Notes: a model not told the origin generated them from the letters alone. A DNA stretch of 64,000 nucleotides from Lama guanicoe (GCA_013239625.1 MU053881.1:6037957-6101956), one strand, 5' to 3'. Numbered from the stretch's first letter, positions 45,721 to 59,377 are shown. A program made the numbers and translations.

Positions 45721-48700
45721 ACCAGTGAGGGATGAGTCAGACGTTGGCCCTCTGGGAATAATCACATGGAGAATAGGGGTAGAGGGTCCACCTCATTCCC
45801 CAAACAGGTGCCAAGCCCTTCTTGGCAGGTGCAAACCACGGGGCCTGGAAGGAAAAGACAGAGTCAGTGGCTACAACAGAAGAGAAGGTTTAGAAAAACA
45901 ACCCACTCGAGTTACCTTCTAAATGACTAAAGCTTTGGCCCCGAGCTTCCTTGCAGCCCTAAAGTCTCTGACCCTCAGCCCTGAGAGGGAAGGAGAGCGG
46001 GGCTGGATGACTCAGAGGCCCCCTCCGCACTCTGTTCCAACCCAGGGGCCCAGGGAAGCCCTTTTCGGGAGGGGACGATGTTGGTCGTACAAACAGGGAC
46101 TGGCCCTGGGACTCCCCAGAGTCATGCCAGGGCCATGACCCCGCAGAGAACGGGGCTGTGGGGCACTCCCCGGCCAAGGCCTCGCTGGCCTGCCCTCATG
46201 CCAGCCTGCGTCACCTCCCAGCCTGGCTGAAACGTGAGCCCGAGAGATAGAGCCCTGGACGAGCCAGCCAGTTATGTCTTAACGTAATTTAGCTATAATC
46301 GCTGTGTGTTTTCCTTCACTATAATTAGTAAAATGTGGTTGTTTGCTGTGTTCCTGGAAGATGTCTGAACTGGGGCCAGCTCCCTGGAGCTTTTCTGACA
46401 CGCTCTTCCAAACAGGCCCACCAGCACCACCATGGGTTTACCAACACTTTCCCCCCCCCCTTAACCCGAGTCCTCCTGATCCCTGAGTTGGGGCATCTCT
46501 CTCCTGGCCCCCTGAGGACAGGTCCCGTGGCTCAGCAGCATGCTGGACATGCTGTAGGCGCCCAATAAATGTGGGTGGGCAATTGAGCCATCAAACCATC
46601 AGCAGTAACAAAAGGCACATAGGGAGGGAGTTCCTTTTTTAGGAATTCCACAAGGTCCTCAGAGAAGTGTGTGTGTGTGTGCATGCACGTGCAGGTGACA
46701 CATGGGTGTATCCATGATAACCAACACAGCCAGCTCTGCTTGTGATTCGAGGTCTGTTTGTGCCCACCTGACACTGCTGGAGCCCCCGGATGTAGGTTTG
46801 AGGGCCCCAGGTGTCTCGGGCCACCCGAAGGGTACCAGAACTGACCCTGAACGCTCTGATGACCATGTGGGAGGTTGGGACGGGGCAAAGAATGTGGAGC
46901 ACCCAAGTCGCACTGTCCTGCAATTCATTTCTCACATCTTCTGCCTTGGATCACAATGAGGTACAGTCTTTTCTTTGTCCTGTCATTTCAGGCTTTTGGC
47001 CACCGTTTATTGGGTCCTACTGTGCCTTGTCATCGACTGCTCTTGGTGGCTCTCCACTGGGTCTCATTCATGTACCGTCTCACTCCCCCACTTATTCACT
47101 CAATCAGTGAACATTTGTGATTGGGTTTTCGGTTTTTTGGTTGGGTTTGGTTTTTGCATGAAGGCTCAAGATTCACATTGCCCACCTTTGTCAAAGTCTC
47201 TCCCAATAGGAGACCCATTTAGGATAGGTTTCAGATTTTTTATTATTATTTGATCAGTCATTACACAAAACGAAGTGGCAATAGCACCCACCTCATGGAG
47301 TTCTTGTGTGTGGTTCACACCTAAAGGCGCAGTAGCTGGCACACAGGAAGTAATCCTTAAGTATCACTGATGACAATTATTATTTCACACAGCGGTAGAG
47401 CAGGCAGGGGCACGGGCTCCGCATTGCTTTGTGACCTCGGGCAGGCTACTTAACCTCTCTGAGGCCATGTCAAACATGACTAATGTGCAAGTGTCCAGTA
47501 AATGTTAATTATTATGTTGTAATCGTGTGGACTTTATTTTTTCAATTGACTTGTAATTCTTGAAAACCACTTCTCCAGCTGAGTCCCTAAGTGCTGTCAC
47601 TGGCAGAAATCAGTTGCTAGCTGGGCCAGCCAGACTCTGCATCAAAGAATGCGGAGCTCTGGTTGGCTGAATTTGTTTGGAATCTGAACGTTCTGATTGG
47701 CTAGAACACTAGTGGGTGTGGCCCATTCTCCAGAGCACATTTAGCAATAATTGTTGGAGAGTGATGTCCAATGGTGAACTTACCTGGGTTGCTGTTCTTT
47801 CTCTTTTCTCAGTAAATCTTACCAGTGTCCAGCGCTATGATTTTTGCAGATGAATTCCTCCCAAACACATCTCACTTAAAAAGTGCATAAATGTGGCGTT
47901 ATTTACGCCAGTGGGCACTTGGATGACTGAAGTGCTAACGTGCTTGCGTGCAAGGATGCTGAGTTCCACATTCTCATGTTAGGCGGGTGGGTGTTCCTGG
48001 TCCTGGTGCCAGGCCCTTGCTCATGTAAGGAGCCTCCAGTTCTCCTCGCAATAGGGCACTTCCCTCTGCCAAGCCCTCCTCTGGCCAGATGCAGAAAGAG
48101 ATTCATTTTTGAACCGTGAAACCAAATGAGGGATTCCTCCACACCATGTGCCATCTCAGAGACCGGGAGTGGTCGTGCTTGTTCATTCATTCATTCACTT
48201 ACTCACTTGCTATGCCTTAAATGTTGTGCTGAGCTCTTAGCAGATATTTAGATGAGCTATAACATCACGTAATGATTTGGGCCACAGTCAGGGAGCATCA
48301 GAAGATGTACCAAGGAAATCCCTGCAAGTGCTTCCCCAAAGTTCTCATTTCCCAAACATGGGACTCTCACCAGGTCTCTACCTCCCTCCACCCATTTTAA
48401 GACTTTACTGACTCCTCATTGCCCTTGGAGAAAACCACCTAACCCGACCCTCAAAGTGCTCACGGTGGGCCAGAGTCTCCTGATGCAGCTGCTCTTGAAT
48501 CAACTTTCATCAGTTCCCTCTGCCTAGAAGCGTTCCAGACACCCTGGACACCCTGTGGGGTACTATCCATCTCTCTGGACAGACAGCACCTTCTACCACC
48601 CTGTGCAGTGCTTGGCATTGTGTCTGCCTCCTCCTTATACTGTAGCCCCTGAAGCCAGGGACCATACGGCATTTATTCTGATGTCCCTGATGGCAGCCTG

Positions 48701-49129
48701 TGCCACAGACATGTGCTGCGTGGTTTGCAGTTGCTCATCAAATCCTGGCTCCTCCATGTACCCTTCACTGCAAGCCCCACCAACCACATATGGACCCCAG
48801 GCTCGAGCAGGTAGCAGAGAGGAGAGAGGACACATCAAATGACACTAAACTTGCTCTCAGTTGCCACCTGCTTGCCATGTGCCTGGCAAGTTTCTGAACA
48901 CGGCCCGTGAATTATTTAATTTTCATTAAGAACTTTATAAAGTTGGTGCCATTAGGAGCCCCAATCACAGATGATGGAAAGCTGAAGTCTTTGCCCCAAA
49001 TCACCCAGGTGGGGAGGATGGGGTCAGGATTTGTACCCTAGCTGTTTGTCTTCACAGCCTACACTCCTAAGCATCAGACCCCATAAAATTATAGAATGAC
49101 CAAAGAAAATCTTATTTCCTGTCCCAGCT

Positions 49130-49272
49130 TTATGAAATGATCCTACAGTTTGTATGGAAGGATAACTGTGAGAGAAAAGCCATGAAATATTTGGGAAAAA
49201 AGAATGATCGGGATGGGGGAGGTCTTGCCCTACCAGATGTTAAAATGCATTCTAAAGTCACAGTACTTAAAA
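49130..49272 (+). mobile_element. Ancient L1 ORF2 internal remnant
   Basis: tgatcctacagtttgtatggaag...aaaaaagaat...ggaggtcttgccctaccagatgttaaaatgcattctaaagtcacagta (GGLALPD-type motif). Confidence 0.7.
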
Positions 49273-50429
49273 TTGGGGAATTGACTCTAATCTCATAGGC
49301 TTCACACTGCCTTCTGCAGATGTGGAATCCAGGTCCCAGAAGGGAGGAAGTCACATAAGACAATCTGGCTCTCTGAGGGGGAAATGTCTAAAGTCACAAA
49401 GGGAGAGGAACCTGAATCAAGAGAACTTGAGAATAAAGACAAGAACTTCTTCGGAGGTGCACAAGCAACGAGAATAGAAATGGTCTTCCTTTCTGCACCC
49501 TTGGCAGGCATCATTGATCCATCTCTGCACTCTTTCTGGCTGAACCAACACTGCTTGAAATTCTTATTAATGCAAAACTGCAGCCAATTAGTGGGGATTG
49601 ACTCATGAGATGAAAATATTTGCCATCTTAATCTGGGTCAAACCACCTTCCCTTGCAGATGATGGACTTGGGTGCGGAGTGGGGCTGGAGCCCTCACAAC
49701 AGTTCAACCAAATACCATCTCGTCATATGTCAGGGGGGCCCCCCTTCCCCACCATCTCCAGACACAGTCACTCCAGCCCCACCCCACCGGTGGCTGCAGG
49801 AAATGCAGTGCCCTCCTGAACACTTCTGAGATCCAGAGTACCTGCCTGCCCGCCTCTCAGTGTTTTCTGTCTGCTCCTCCAGAAGCCCTCTGTCGGCAGT
49901 CCTGTGGTCACTTGCCTATCTGGTCACCTCGGCTGCCGGCTGCTGGCCCCTCTCCAGCTCACTTTCCCCCTAAGCATGGACACAGCCCTTTCTCCTTCAT
50001 TCCCCAAAGCATCTCGGATACAGGGCTTCTGCCCATGACTGAGGGATGTTCCTGCAATATCCCTGCAAAAGAATATACTCTGTCCCTGGAGATTCCTTGG
50101 CCCTTTACCCCAATGAAGGGAATCTCTTGCATATTCCTGGGGAGTGCTGGGGTTCTTATCCCCCAAAACCCAAAGCCCTGCTTTAGGGCCACCAAAAAAG
50201 GCAGCTTCCCTTGGGAGGGATGAAGGTAGCGCGGGCATCATGATGCAGCCAGCCAGTAGGCTCACAAAACCACATTCTCCGCAGCTCCCCTCCCCCATCC
50301 TCTGCTCATGCCGTCCCCACGGCCTGATTCACCCCCTCCTCTTCCACTGCTTCCCTTTCCCAATCTTGTCTCACCCTCAGGTTAGGTTTTCTTTCTCTGG
50401 GGGAACTTCCTAGGCTGTTAGGGGTCCGG

Positions 50430-50825
50430 CCTCAAGGATCCCATAGGCCCCTTAAAACATATTATCAGGTTGGATTTGGCTTACAAGTTTGTTCTGCCCA
50501 GATTTTTCTTTTTTTAAAATAGTCTTTAACTTCACACTTTTTCCTCCCAGATTTTTAAAAATTAGTTTTAGTTTTCCAAGTTTTGGGAAATGGAGGAGTT
50601 CAGACAAATACCAAAATTTCTGCTTTGGCTTAAGAAGTTGGAGGCTCTGATGACATGGGGCCCACATGGCAACAAGTGATTAGCACTGAGAGCAGCCACC
50701 ACCACCCCACCCTAAGGTGTGTCTCCGAGGTTCACCATAATCCTCACTGTTCCCTATTGCCTCACACTTGGCCCCTTCATTTACCTTGCCCATCTGGACC
50801 ACATTATGAGGGCTTGTGACCCCTA
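50430..50825. mobile_element. MER102-like hAT remnant
   Basis: gggcccacatggcaacaa...ctgagagcagcc...ttccctattgcctcacac; resembles 20660-20930. Confidence 0.5.
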
Positions 50826-51879
50826 TGCTGATTGCGTTGTGTGTCCCTAATCTGTCTTCATCTCTCTAACTGGACAATGAGTTCTACTTAAACTACTTAA
50901 TCTGCAGAAAGAGGGTGAATGCAAAAGTGTTCCTACCTCACCGGGTTGCTGTAAAGGTTCACTGTGGTCATACTTAGCACCAGCATGGTCCCCAGGAGTG
51001 CATACATACTCAGCTCTGATCCCCACAGCCCCTGGCTGATCCACCAAACTAGTCTCCCCCAGCTGCAGGGATGTGTTGTCTATTTTGCAGTGAACTTGGT
51101 TCCTCTAGCATCACCACAGAGGACAGAAAATTCCAAAGATTCAACTCTTACAAAAGAATAAGGTGAACCCAAGGCAGGGCCTGGGATGGGGAAGATATCC
51201 CATTACAGCGAAAGAGTGCCTCACACACTGCAGGGACTGTATCCCACCCTAGGGCTCGTGGGCTAAATAAGCTGCCATGAGACTATGGAGCCAACTCACA
51301 TGGCCTCAGGCTGCTCCAGCGTCTTACCCAGGAGAACTCTGGGGCTGCACAGGGGTGAGAGATGGGACAGGGGCTGCTTGTTTGGAATGGTTTAGGGAAA
51401 GTATTGTTAGAGATTATGAGGGCCCAGATGTCTATCCCCTAAGCCACCTCTTGGCTGCCACTGTCTATGACAACCCACATGTCCCATAGGTCTCCAGTCA
51501 GGGCTGAGGTCTCCTTGCCAGGGGAAAGATGTTCACCGTCCAGTCGTTAAAGCCGAGGACTAAAGCACCTGCCCCAGTCACCCCAGGCCCTGACCCAGAC
51601 AGAATCTTGTACTTGTCTAGAAGTCAGGGCAGCACATATAGCGAGCAGGCAGCGGATGAGGGGCCAGGAGGCCTGGGCGCTTCTCCTGCCCTTAACCAGC
51701 TCTGCGCCCTCGGCCAAGTCCCTGTTCCTCTCTGGGTTGCAGAGAGGGGTGCATCTTGCCAAGGATCTTCCAGCTGTGGCCCAGGGAGCCTCAGGCTTCT
51801 GGGTTTCCATCTCCTCTGCTTTCACACACGTATCTCTCTTAAATATTGGGACTCTGGATAAGATTCATCTAAAACAAGA

Positions 51880-52090
51880 CAGGAAGCACAGTGTAGAAGT
51901 TAAGCGTCACAAGTTCTGTAGGCAAATGGGCCTGAGTTCAAATGACTAAGCTTGGGCAAGACAGTTGGCTTTGCTGAGCCTCAGTTTCCCCATCTGTAAA
52001 GTGGAAATAACTAGAACATATCCCATGGGTAGTTTCAAATATTAGGCAAACTCACGTACCCCTGACACATGGAGTGCTTCATGGATGTAA
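51880..52090 (+). mobile_element. MIR SINE
   Basis: cctgagttcaaat...ctgagcctcagtttccccatctgtaaagtgga. Confidence 0.8.
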
Positions 52091-52530
52091 CCTGCCAGTG
52101 TAATTATTAAAAGACCTGCTGAGTGTTTTTTTTTTTTTTTAAGTCTGGTCTGGTGGTCTCTGATCATTTCGTCCAGGCTCCCATCTCTAGTTCCCCTCCC
52201 AGCCATCATTCCACCCCTGATGACTGACTCTGCGGTCCCCTGAGCCTTCAGTTCTGGGCCTGAGATTGACCCTAGTTGGACATGGATGCCGGTCCCAGCA
52301 CCATCGCTCACCAGCTGGGTGACCTTGCGTCAGTCATTTTACTTCTCCAGACCTCAGTTTACCGTCTGTTAGGTGCAAATAATGGCGCTCTCCACCTCCT
52401 AGGGGTGCTGTGGGGGCTGGCACAGCACCTGACACATATAAATACTCAATGAATGGTGGCTGTTATCATTAGGTTCAGTTGGGGTGAGCATTTTGGTTTT
52501 GTTTTTCAATCACGTTTTGGGGAGTGGTGG

Positions 52531-52544
52531 GCGCCCTCTAGTGG
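52531..52544 (-). promoter_or_regulatory. CTCF binding motif
   Basis: gcgccctctagtgg reads CCACTAGAGGGCGC on the minus strand, matching the CTCF core consensus; lies outside recognisable repeats. Confidence 0.75.
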
Positions 52545-52819
52545 TGGAGCCCCACATGGAGGGGTGCCTTATTCTCTAGCCTGGGGGCAGAAGGAGAGGG
52601 AAGGGGGGGGACAGTTGGGGCCTAGACCTTAGAGGTGGACTTTCTCGGGACTGGGGATGAGTCTCAACTCAAAGCCACCACAGCTGGGCCTGGTGGGAAG
52701 GGAAGAGTGGAGAGGTCCGGCTTGGATCCCTGGGTAAACTTCTCCGCAAAGTAAGAACAGTTCACACCACGGAGCTAAGAGACAGGCCTGGGAGGGTACG
52801 AAGGCATTTCTCCTTCTTC

Positions 52820-52970
52820 TATGCACTGTCACCTCATCCTCCAGCTCCATTTTACAGATGGAGAAACTGAGACCCACAGAGGGGAAGTGACTCTCCCAAG
52901 GTCACACAGAGCACTCAAGGCAGAACACAGACCAGAGCCTGGACTCCAGGTCCAGTGCTCCCTACCATAC
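52820..52970 (-). mobile_element. MIR SINE
   Basis: ccattttacagatggagaaactgagacccacagaggggaagtgactctcccaaggtcacac. Confidence 0.85.
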
Positions 52971-53129
52971 AAGGTCAGCTTGGCCAACCCAGGCAATGGG
53001 GAGCAGAGGACATTTTCACTGAATCAGAGTGAAGTTTCGAAGGGGAATAAAAAAAAGAAGAAGCAACAGGCGAAGTTCCCAGGGCTGGAGTCCTGCCCAG
53101 CCGGTCCCAAGGCTCAGGGAGGGTGGGAA

Positions 53130-53490
53130 TGACGCAGCCTGGGCCCGTGGCAGTCTCAGGAGCACCATTCGCCGGGAATCCGCCTGCGGCGGCAGCCAGA
53201 GGACTGCAGAAGCTCCGGGAAGGATGGCTGAGCCCCGGCTGACTCCGCAGGGGCTCCGTGCATGGGACACAGCGTGAGCTCTGGACCCCTACCCCATCTT
53301 AGCGCCTGCGAGAACCCCGCCCACAGTCACACACACAGAAGCACCCAGGCACGGCGGTTCCTGGGTGGGCAGCAGAAGCCTCCTCAGTGGGGAAGGGGTC
53401 AGCCTGGAGCAGGGAAGTCCCGGAAGACCCATGAGGGGGGGGCGGCCACGAGCAGGAGTCCAGGCCCAGCTGCCGGCTGAGGCCAAGGTC
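53130..53490. promoter_or_regulatory. CpG-rich element near the CTCF site
   Basis: ttcgccgggaatccgcctgcggcggc...; kappaB-type gggaagtccc at 53412-53421. Confidence 0.35.
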
Positions 53491-55344
53491 CGAGGCTGTG
53501 GACACAGCCAGCTCACTTTCCCTACTCTGAAGGCCCCCTTCCTGTCTTCCAACCTGGGAGGCCTCACCCACTGTGTGTCCTAAAAGTTTTCTCACGCATT
53601 ATAGCTCAGCTGAGACTCATACTGCCTTTGACCATCTTCCCAATCTACAGATGAGAAAGCTGAGGCCCAGGAAGAGAAAGGGACTTCAGGGCTCCAGGGC
53701 CATTTCTACCCTGCATAACTGTCCATCATTCTTGGAGTCCATGAAATTAGGCTGGAGGGAGGGAGGAGCAGATTCTGTTCAGCCGGAGAAGGCCACTGGC
53801 CTCCAGGACCCTGGTGAGATGCCAGCTCTATCCCCTACCCCAGCTCCCAGTGAGCGTGCAATCCCAGGGCACATGGTGACAGGAAGAAAGCAGGTTTTGG
53901 CATCAGATGGACCTGAGTTCAAACCCTGACTACCATCTATTGTACCCGCCTATTCACATCAGCTGCGTTAACTGAGCAAATCCTTTCAACAGTCCTCTGA
54001 TACGGTATTACTGATGGCTCCATTTATGGATGAGGAAACTGAGACAGCTGGGAATGGGCAGACTGGGGGCTTGCGTCAGCCTGTCTGGCCCCTTAATTGC
54101 TACAGTGTCCACTTATGAGGCATGAAAATCTCATCATGGAAGTTAGATGGGCTGCGGGGCTGGGAACTTTGTGTTGAATGGAGGTGATGTCACCAGAAGG
54201 GAAGGTGCCCTTAAGGGGCTGGGGGATCTCAGAGAACAGCTCCCAACTAGGGAGCGCCCGTCCCTGCCAGGATCTGTTCTGAGCCCTTGGATGTGCTGGG
54301 TCTGGGAGACCAAGAGGAAACTGAGTCAGGGAAGGGCTGTGGTTGGCGTTTGGGATCCCAACCTGGTCCCCTCACCAAGTCATCTGCTCCTTAGTAATGC
54401 CTGGTGTGCTTCCCTGGGTCTGGCCCAAGACCGGCTCCAAAGGAGAAGGTAAATGAGGGTCCCAGCCCTATGGCCCCTCGAGTAGGAATAGGACCAGCTG
54501 GACACCTTTATAATGAGGAAGCAGGAAACCGAGGCATCCCTAAGAGGGGGTGGCCCCGCTGCCTGTGCCCGAGCTCTGACTCCAGAGCTGAGAGGCTGAC
54601 AACCCCCCTGGCCCCTTCCTAGCCCAGCACACCCCTTTAAGAGATCTGGCCCCTTTAAGAAGGGGATGGGGGCAGGACCATTTCCCACTGTGTGCCCCCT
54701 CCAGCTGCAGCTGTAAGACTCCTGGCTTTCACACCCAGGCAGAGCTAGGGGTAGGGAGCCCCCTGCTCCTGCCTTGGCCTTTAGGCCACCCCCCAGCCGG
54801 CCACAGCTCCAGGTCCCAGTGCCTTGGTCCTGGCCCCTCTGCAGCCCCAGTCATCCCATCCGCTCTTGATTCCGTTCCCTGGCTGGGACTCCTGGCTGGG
54901 GCTGTTGTAGCCCGGCCCTTCCCATTCCGTGCTTGGCAAAGGGGTGTCTGTTCTCGAGCCGGGGCCCAGGGGGCTGGCCAGGGCCAGCGATGGAGCGGGG
55001 GATGGAGGGCAGGGATGTCTAGAGGGAACCCCCTTTCCTGAGGAGCTGGCTCCACCCACCACAGGCCTGTGGGGTTAGGGCAGGCAGAAAGGAGACCAGC
55101 CCATACTTGAGGGCTGGAGAGCATCTATCACCACGGAAGACCAAAGCAAGCAGTCAGGCTTCTAACTGATTGAGCAAGGAGTGTCCAGACTCATGTAAGA
55201 ACAGAAAGACCCCATCTTTCTGTTCTGGGCAGCCTTGGCCTTTGATGATAGGAGGCGTGAAACCAGGAGCTGGGTGAGCACCGACTCTGGGCCTGGCAAC
55301 TTACGCCTGTCTCTGCCTCCCTCCGCACCTCAAATTCTCTCCCA

Positions 55345-55530
55345 ACTCAGAGAACATGTTAGAACCTGGGCTTTGAGGTCAGACAAATGCTAGGTTCAAA
55401 TCCTGGCTCCACCATTTTCACCTGCATGATCTGGCACAAGTCATGTCACCTCTCCAGCCTCGGTTTCCTCTTCTGTAAAATGATACTGATTCCCAGCACG
55501 GGGGGCCGTTGTAATAAAAGCCTGGTATGT
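55345..55530 (+). mobile_element. MIR SINE
   Basis: ggttcaaatcctggctccacc...cctcggtttcctcttctgtaaaatg. Confidence 0.8.
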
Positions 55531-57644
55531 AGAGCGTGCTCTGTCAACTTGCATTCCTCTCTGTGGGTCTGCCTGCCCCCCCCACACACACACCCAGGTC
55601 TCATCCACCCCAGGGAGCGGGATTCCCACCCCACGTAGCAGTCAGCTCTACCGTCCTCCTGCCCGCGTACAGCGGATGTTCAGCAGGGATGCAAAGAGCC
55701 ACGTGGCAGCCTCTTGCAGAGAGAAGTGCAGACCCTCACTGCAGAGGCTACCTAGGACCCAGCCCACTGTCACCCACTGGAATCAAAGTGAAGTGGAGAT
55801 GGGCCGCCGAGAGGGAGGATGGCTCTCCCCAGAGCTGAGTCAGAAGGTCCCAGGTCAAGTCTCCACCTGCCATTTTTAGCAGAATAACCTTCACCCTTCC
55901 AAGCTTGGCTTTGACATCTGGGAAGTGGGGCCCACGGGAGGGTCCCCAGAGGCTCCAGCCGGGAGGTGGTTTACGAGCACCCGCCCAGGGAAGCCAAGGG
56001 CTGCAGATTCAGCCCTCAAGGCTGCCCTCGCCTTTGTTTGCTTTATTGAGTAAAAGAAAATACTTTGAACATTTTATGGGGACTTGGGGAGGGGAGGAGG
56101 GGTCAGAGAGAGGCTTCATCCAAGAGAAACAGCCTCCGAGGAAGATCCTGCCAAGAAAACCCAAGGGCGGGGGCCAGGAGGGTTCTCCTTTGAGCATAGC
56201 CCAGGCCGGGAGCCCGAGGGGACACCGGAGCCCGGAGAGAAGACCCGAGGGCTGTGCCTGGGGAAGGGACCCCTCGGCCCACTGGGTGCCCGCTGGGTAA
56301 TGAGCAGAGGCAGCCAGGCCCTCAAGGCTTCCTTTTCTGCTGCTACTGCCTCTGCCCCCAGGGGTCATCCCAGAATCCCCCAGCTCCCCACTCCCTCCCC
56401 CTGGGGCAAGTTCATTCACCCCCTCCTGCTCTCATTGACTCCTTTATTCGGTTGCACAGATGCCACTTTTCCATTCATTTGTTCATTCATTCATTCCTTC
56501 TCACTGGTTTGTTCATTCATTCATTCACTGACGTATTCGCTCTGAGGTGAACAGTCACAAACCCTGACCTCAAGGCAGTCTCGGGTTAGGACAGGCATGC
56601 TCCCCACAGACGGTCTCTGAGGGAGAGACAGTCACATGAGGTTGCAGGAGGCCAGCGGTTTAACCGCAAGGGGCTCACAGCCCGGGAGGGATCTGGAAAG
56701 GTGAGGGGAGGGTGCCAGGTGGTGAAGGCGGAGAGAGGGCAAGCCAGGGAAGACGGCAGAGAGGTAGGCAAGAGGAGGTGTTTCAGAAATGGGAGAGGAG
56801 ACCAGGAAAGGGGCCAAGCTCATCACCCATCGAGCAGACTATCCCGGGGCCCCAGCAGGGCACTTCGCAGGGTCCCCCAGGACTGCTAGGGCCCCTCACC
56901 ACCGAGAAGGCCAAGATCCCCTGGAATTCCTCAGCATTCCATGTGGGCCTTGTCTCCCCAGCTGGGGACAGAAGTTGGCCCACAGCGGGGGCCCCTGCCA
57001 TGCAGCCTGGGGAAACCCTGTGCCCCCCCCTCAGGAAACCCCCACGTTTCCTGCCGTCTGGGTCTCACAGAGCTAAAAACCTTCCTCTGGGCTCCCGGTC
57101 CTCAGAGGCCATGGGTCTGCCAAAGCAGCTCGAAAACTGCTGAGTGTTTCTCTGAAGGAGGAGGAGGAGGAGAGATAGAAGTTGAGAGGGGAAGGAAAGA
57201 AGGCCTGGAAAATGGAGGAAGCTGGCCGCAGGTTCCGGTGGCTCTTGCAGGAGCCAATGCCCGTCTCCCACGAGCGTCGTCCAGGGGAGCCCCCAGGGTG
57301 CGACCGGGCTCCTACAGGGTGGGGACCCTGGTTCCAGGCCCCATCTCCACCCTGAGGGGTCTTCCAACCAAGTGCATGATGCTCCCCAGGGAAGTCACTC
57401 AAGCCCTTTGCCTCAGTGCAGCGCCTGAAGGCGTTAAAAACTCCCAGGTCACCACTCCTGCTGGGGTCACTGGCTGTCATCCGGAACTCCAGGAGAAAGC
57501 CCTAAGATGGCAGACAAGCTCCGCTTACTCCTCAAAGCCCAGCAGAAAGAGGAAGTTCTGCATGCCAGGGCCATTTTCACCCCTTACCCCAGGAGTGATC
57601 TTGGGTCAGTCAAACCATCTCTCAGACTGTCGGGGTCACTGGGG

Positions 57645-57900
57645 ATGATAATGGCTAAGATAATAATGAGTCGTATTTACGGAGCGCTTACTGCTTGCTC
57701 GACTCTGGCTAAACACAGATCTCATTTAATCCTCACGACAATTCTGTGAAGTAGGTACTTCTATTATCGCCACTTTATAAATTAGGAAACTAAGCCCAGA
57801 GAGGGTAAGGAACTTGCCCAAGGTGATCCAAGCAACAAAAGGGAGAACAAGGATTGCAGCCGAGCCACTGCAACTCTAGATTCTGCACACCAGACTGTTA
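57645..57900 (-). mobile_element. MIR SINE, near full length
   Basis: atctcatttaatcctcacgacaattctgtgaagtaggtact...gaggg taaggaacttgcccaaggt. Confidence 0.85.
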
Positions 57901-58098
57901 CATTGCATCTCACAATGTTTTCATGCATTTGTTGAGCAAACAAATATGGAACATCTTTCCGTACTGGGCACTAGGGATGAGAAAGTAAATCTTGCATCTG
58001 CTCTCAAGCAGCTTCCAGCATATTGAGTGAGGCAGACAAGTAACCAATTATAATGTAGTGTGACTGCTGTTATAACAGATAAATTACACGGTGTTGAG

Positions 58099-58455
58099 TG
58101 TATTAGTCAGGGCATTCAGTGCAAGCTGCCTTAACAAATAACCCCAGCATTTCAGTGACTTAAAAAGACATCCCACGATCCAATGCATTGGCAGGGGTTT
58201 CTGCTCAGTGAAATCATTATGAGAGCCGGGCCTCCTCGGAGTCCTCTGACTGGAATCCTCTACTGGATGTCAGCCAGCAAGCAGGAGGGAGGCGTCATGG
58301 AGGACTGCGTGGAACATTTTACGGCCTGGCCCACAAGTCATGTACCTCACTTGCCCATGTTCCATTGGCTAGAACTGGTTACACTGCCCCACTATGCGGG
58401 AGCTGGAAATTGAGGAGCCGGGACTGCTGTGTATGTCGCACATCTCTGCCACAAT
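58099..58455 (-). mobile_element. MaLR (MLT1-like) LTR inserted in an L2
   Basis: tgtattagtcaggg...ttaacaaataaccccagcatttcagtgactta...gttccattggctagaactgg...catctctgccaca. Confidence 0.65.
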
Positions 58456-58689
58456 GGAGGAGACAAAGGAGAATATCTCTCTACCTGACCGAGCAGAGAA
58501 GCTTCCCAGAGGAAGTGAGGACGGAACTGGGTCCAGCAGTGAGGCGGGCAGCGGGAGGGCATTCCAGGCAGAGAGAACCGCCCCCGCAAAGAACTATGTA
58601 AGATCACTTATCCAAAAATACTTTGCAATGAATTCTACAAATCTCAGTTATTATGATTGAGTAATTTCCTGAGAAGTAGAGGGAAGGAA

Positions 58690-59100
58690 GGTATCTGAGG
58701 TCAGGGTGCCCAGAGCAGACTCTGAGCTGAGTATTTGCGGGTGCGTGATTTATTAAGGAGCTGTTTTCAGTAAGAGAGTGAGGGGAGGATGACAGAGAAG
58801 GGAAGGAAGCCAAGTAAGGGTGCACACTGGGGCAAAGGCCCAGCCTCGGCCTGATCCTGCAGGGAGACTGGGGCGGACGTTACCCTCAGAGTTTGCGCAG
58901 ATTCTGGACACCAGCCCTGGGCTTTCATACTGCAGTACCAGCCAGTCACTGGCCAGGGTGCAGAGTGGAAGGAGAATGCAAGTTCTCAGGCACGGCCTTC
59001 TCTTGGCCTCTGGGTAAAGCATCTCCAGTCCCGGGCAACCTTGCAAATACAGGGCAGGTACAGGCCGATAGACACAGAGAACACGGACGCCAGGAAAGAT
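58690..59100 (-). mobile_element. ERVL (LTR16/LTR33-like) LTR
   Basis: ggtcagggtgcccagagcagactctgagctgagtatttgcgggtgcgtgatttatt...ccagccagtcactggccaggg. Confidence 0.6.
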
Positions 59101-59377
59101 CAGGGAGCCGGGGAGAGCAACAAGAGTGTGACAGTGTTGGGTGCAGAGACAGAGAGGCACTCCAGGGGGAGGGGGACCAGGAACACTGGGCCCGGCAAAT
59201 TCCTATAAGTTCCGAAGACTGTACCCTTAGGGCCTCTCTAGCTGGAAGCAGGCAGAACTAGAGGAAGAGCTGTGGACACAGAACCTGAGCTCCGATCCTG
59301 ACTCTGCCACTGGGTGAGTGTATGGGTAACCCTCAGAGGGCAGCACCCTCGTCTGTAAAATAAGAATGAGAGCATAT

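Noticed and set aside
54632..54660. Direct repeat cccctttaaga x2
   Set aside because: Only two 11-bp units with no further structure; compatible with local duplication
56941..57648. 235-aa plus-strand ORF
   Set aside because: Pro/Gly/Ser-rich GC-driven translation, non-ATG start, no recognisable homology or exon structure
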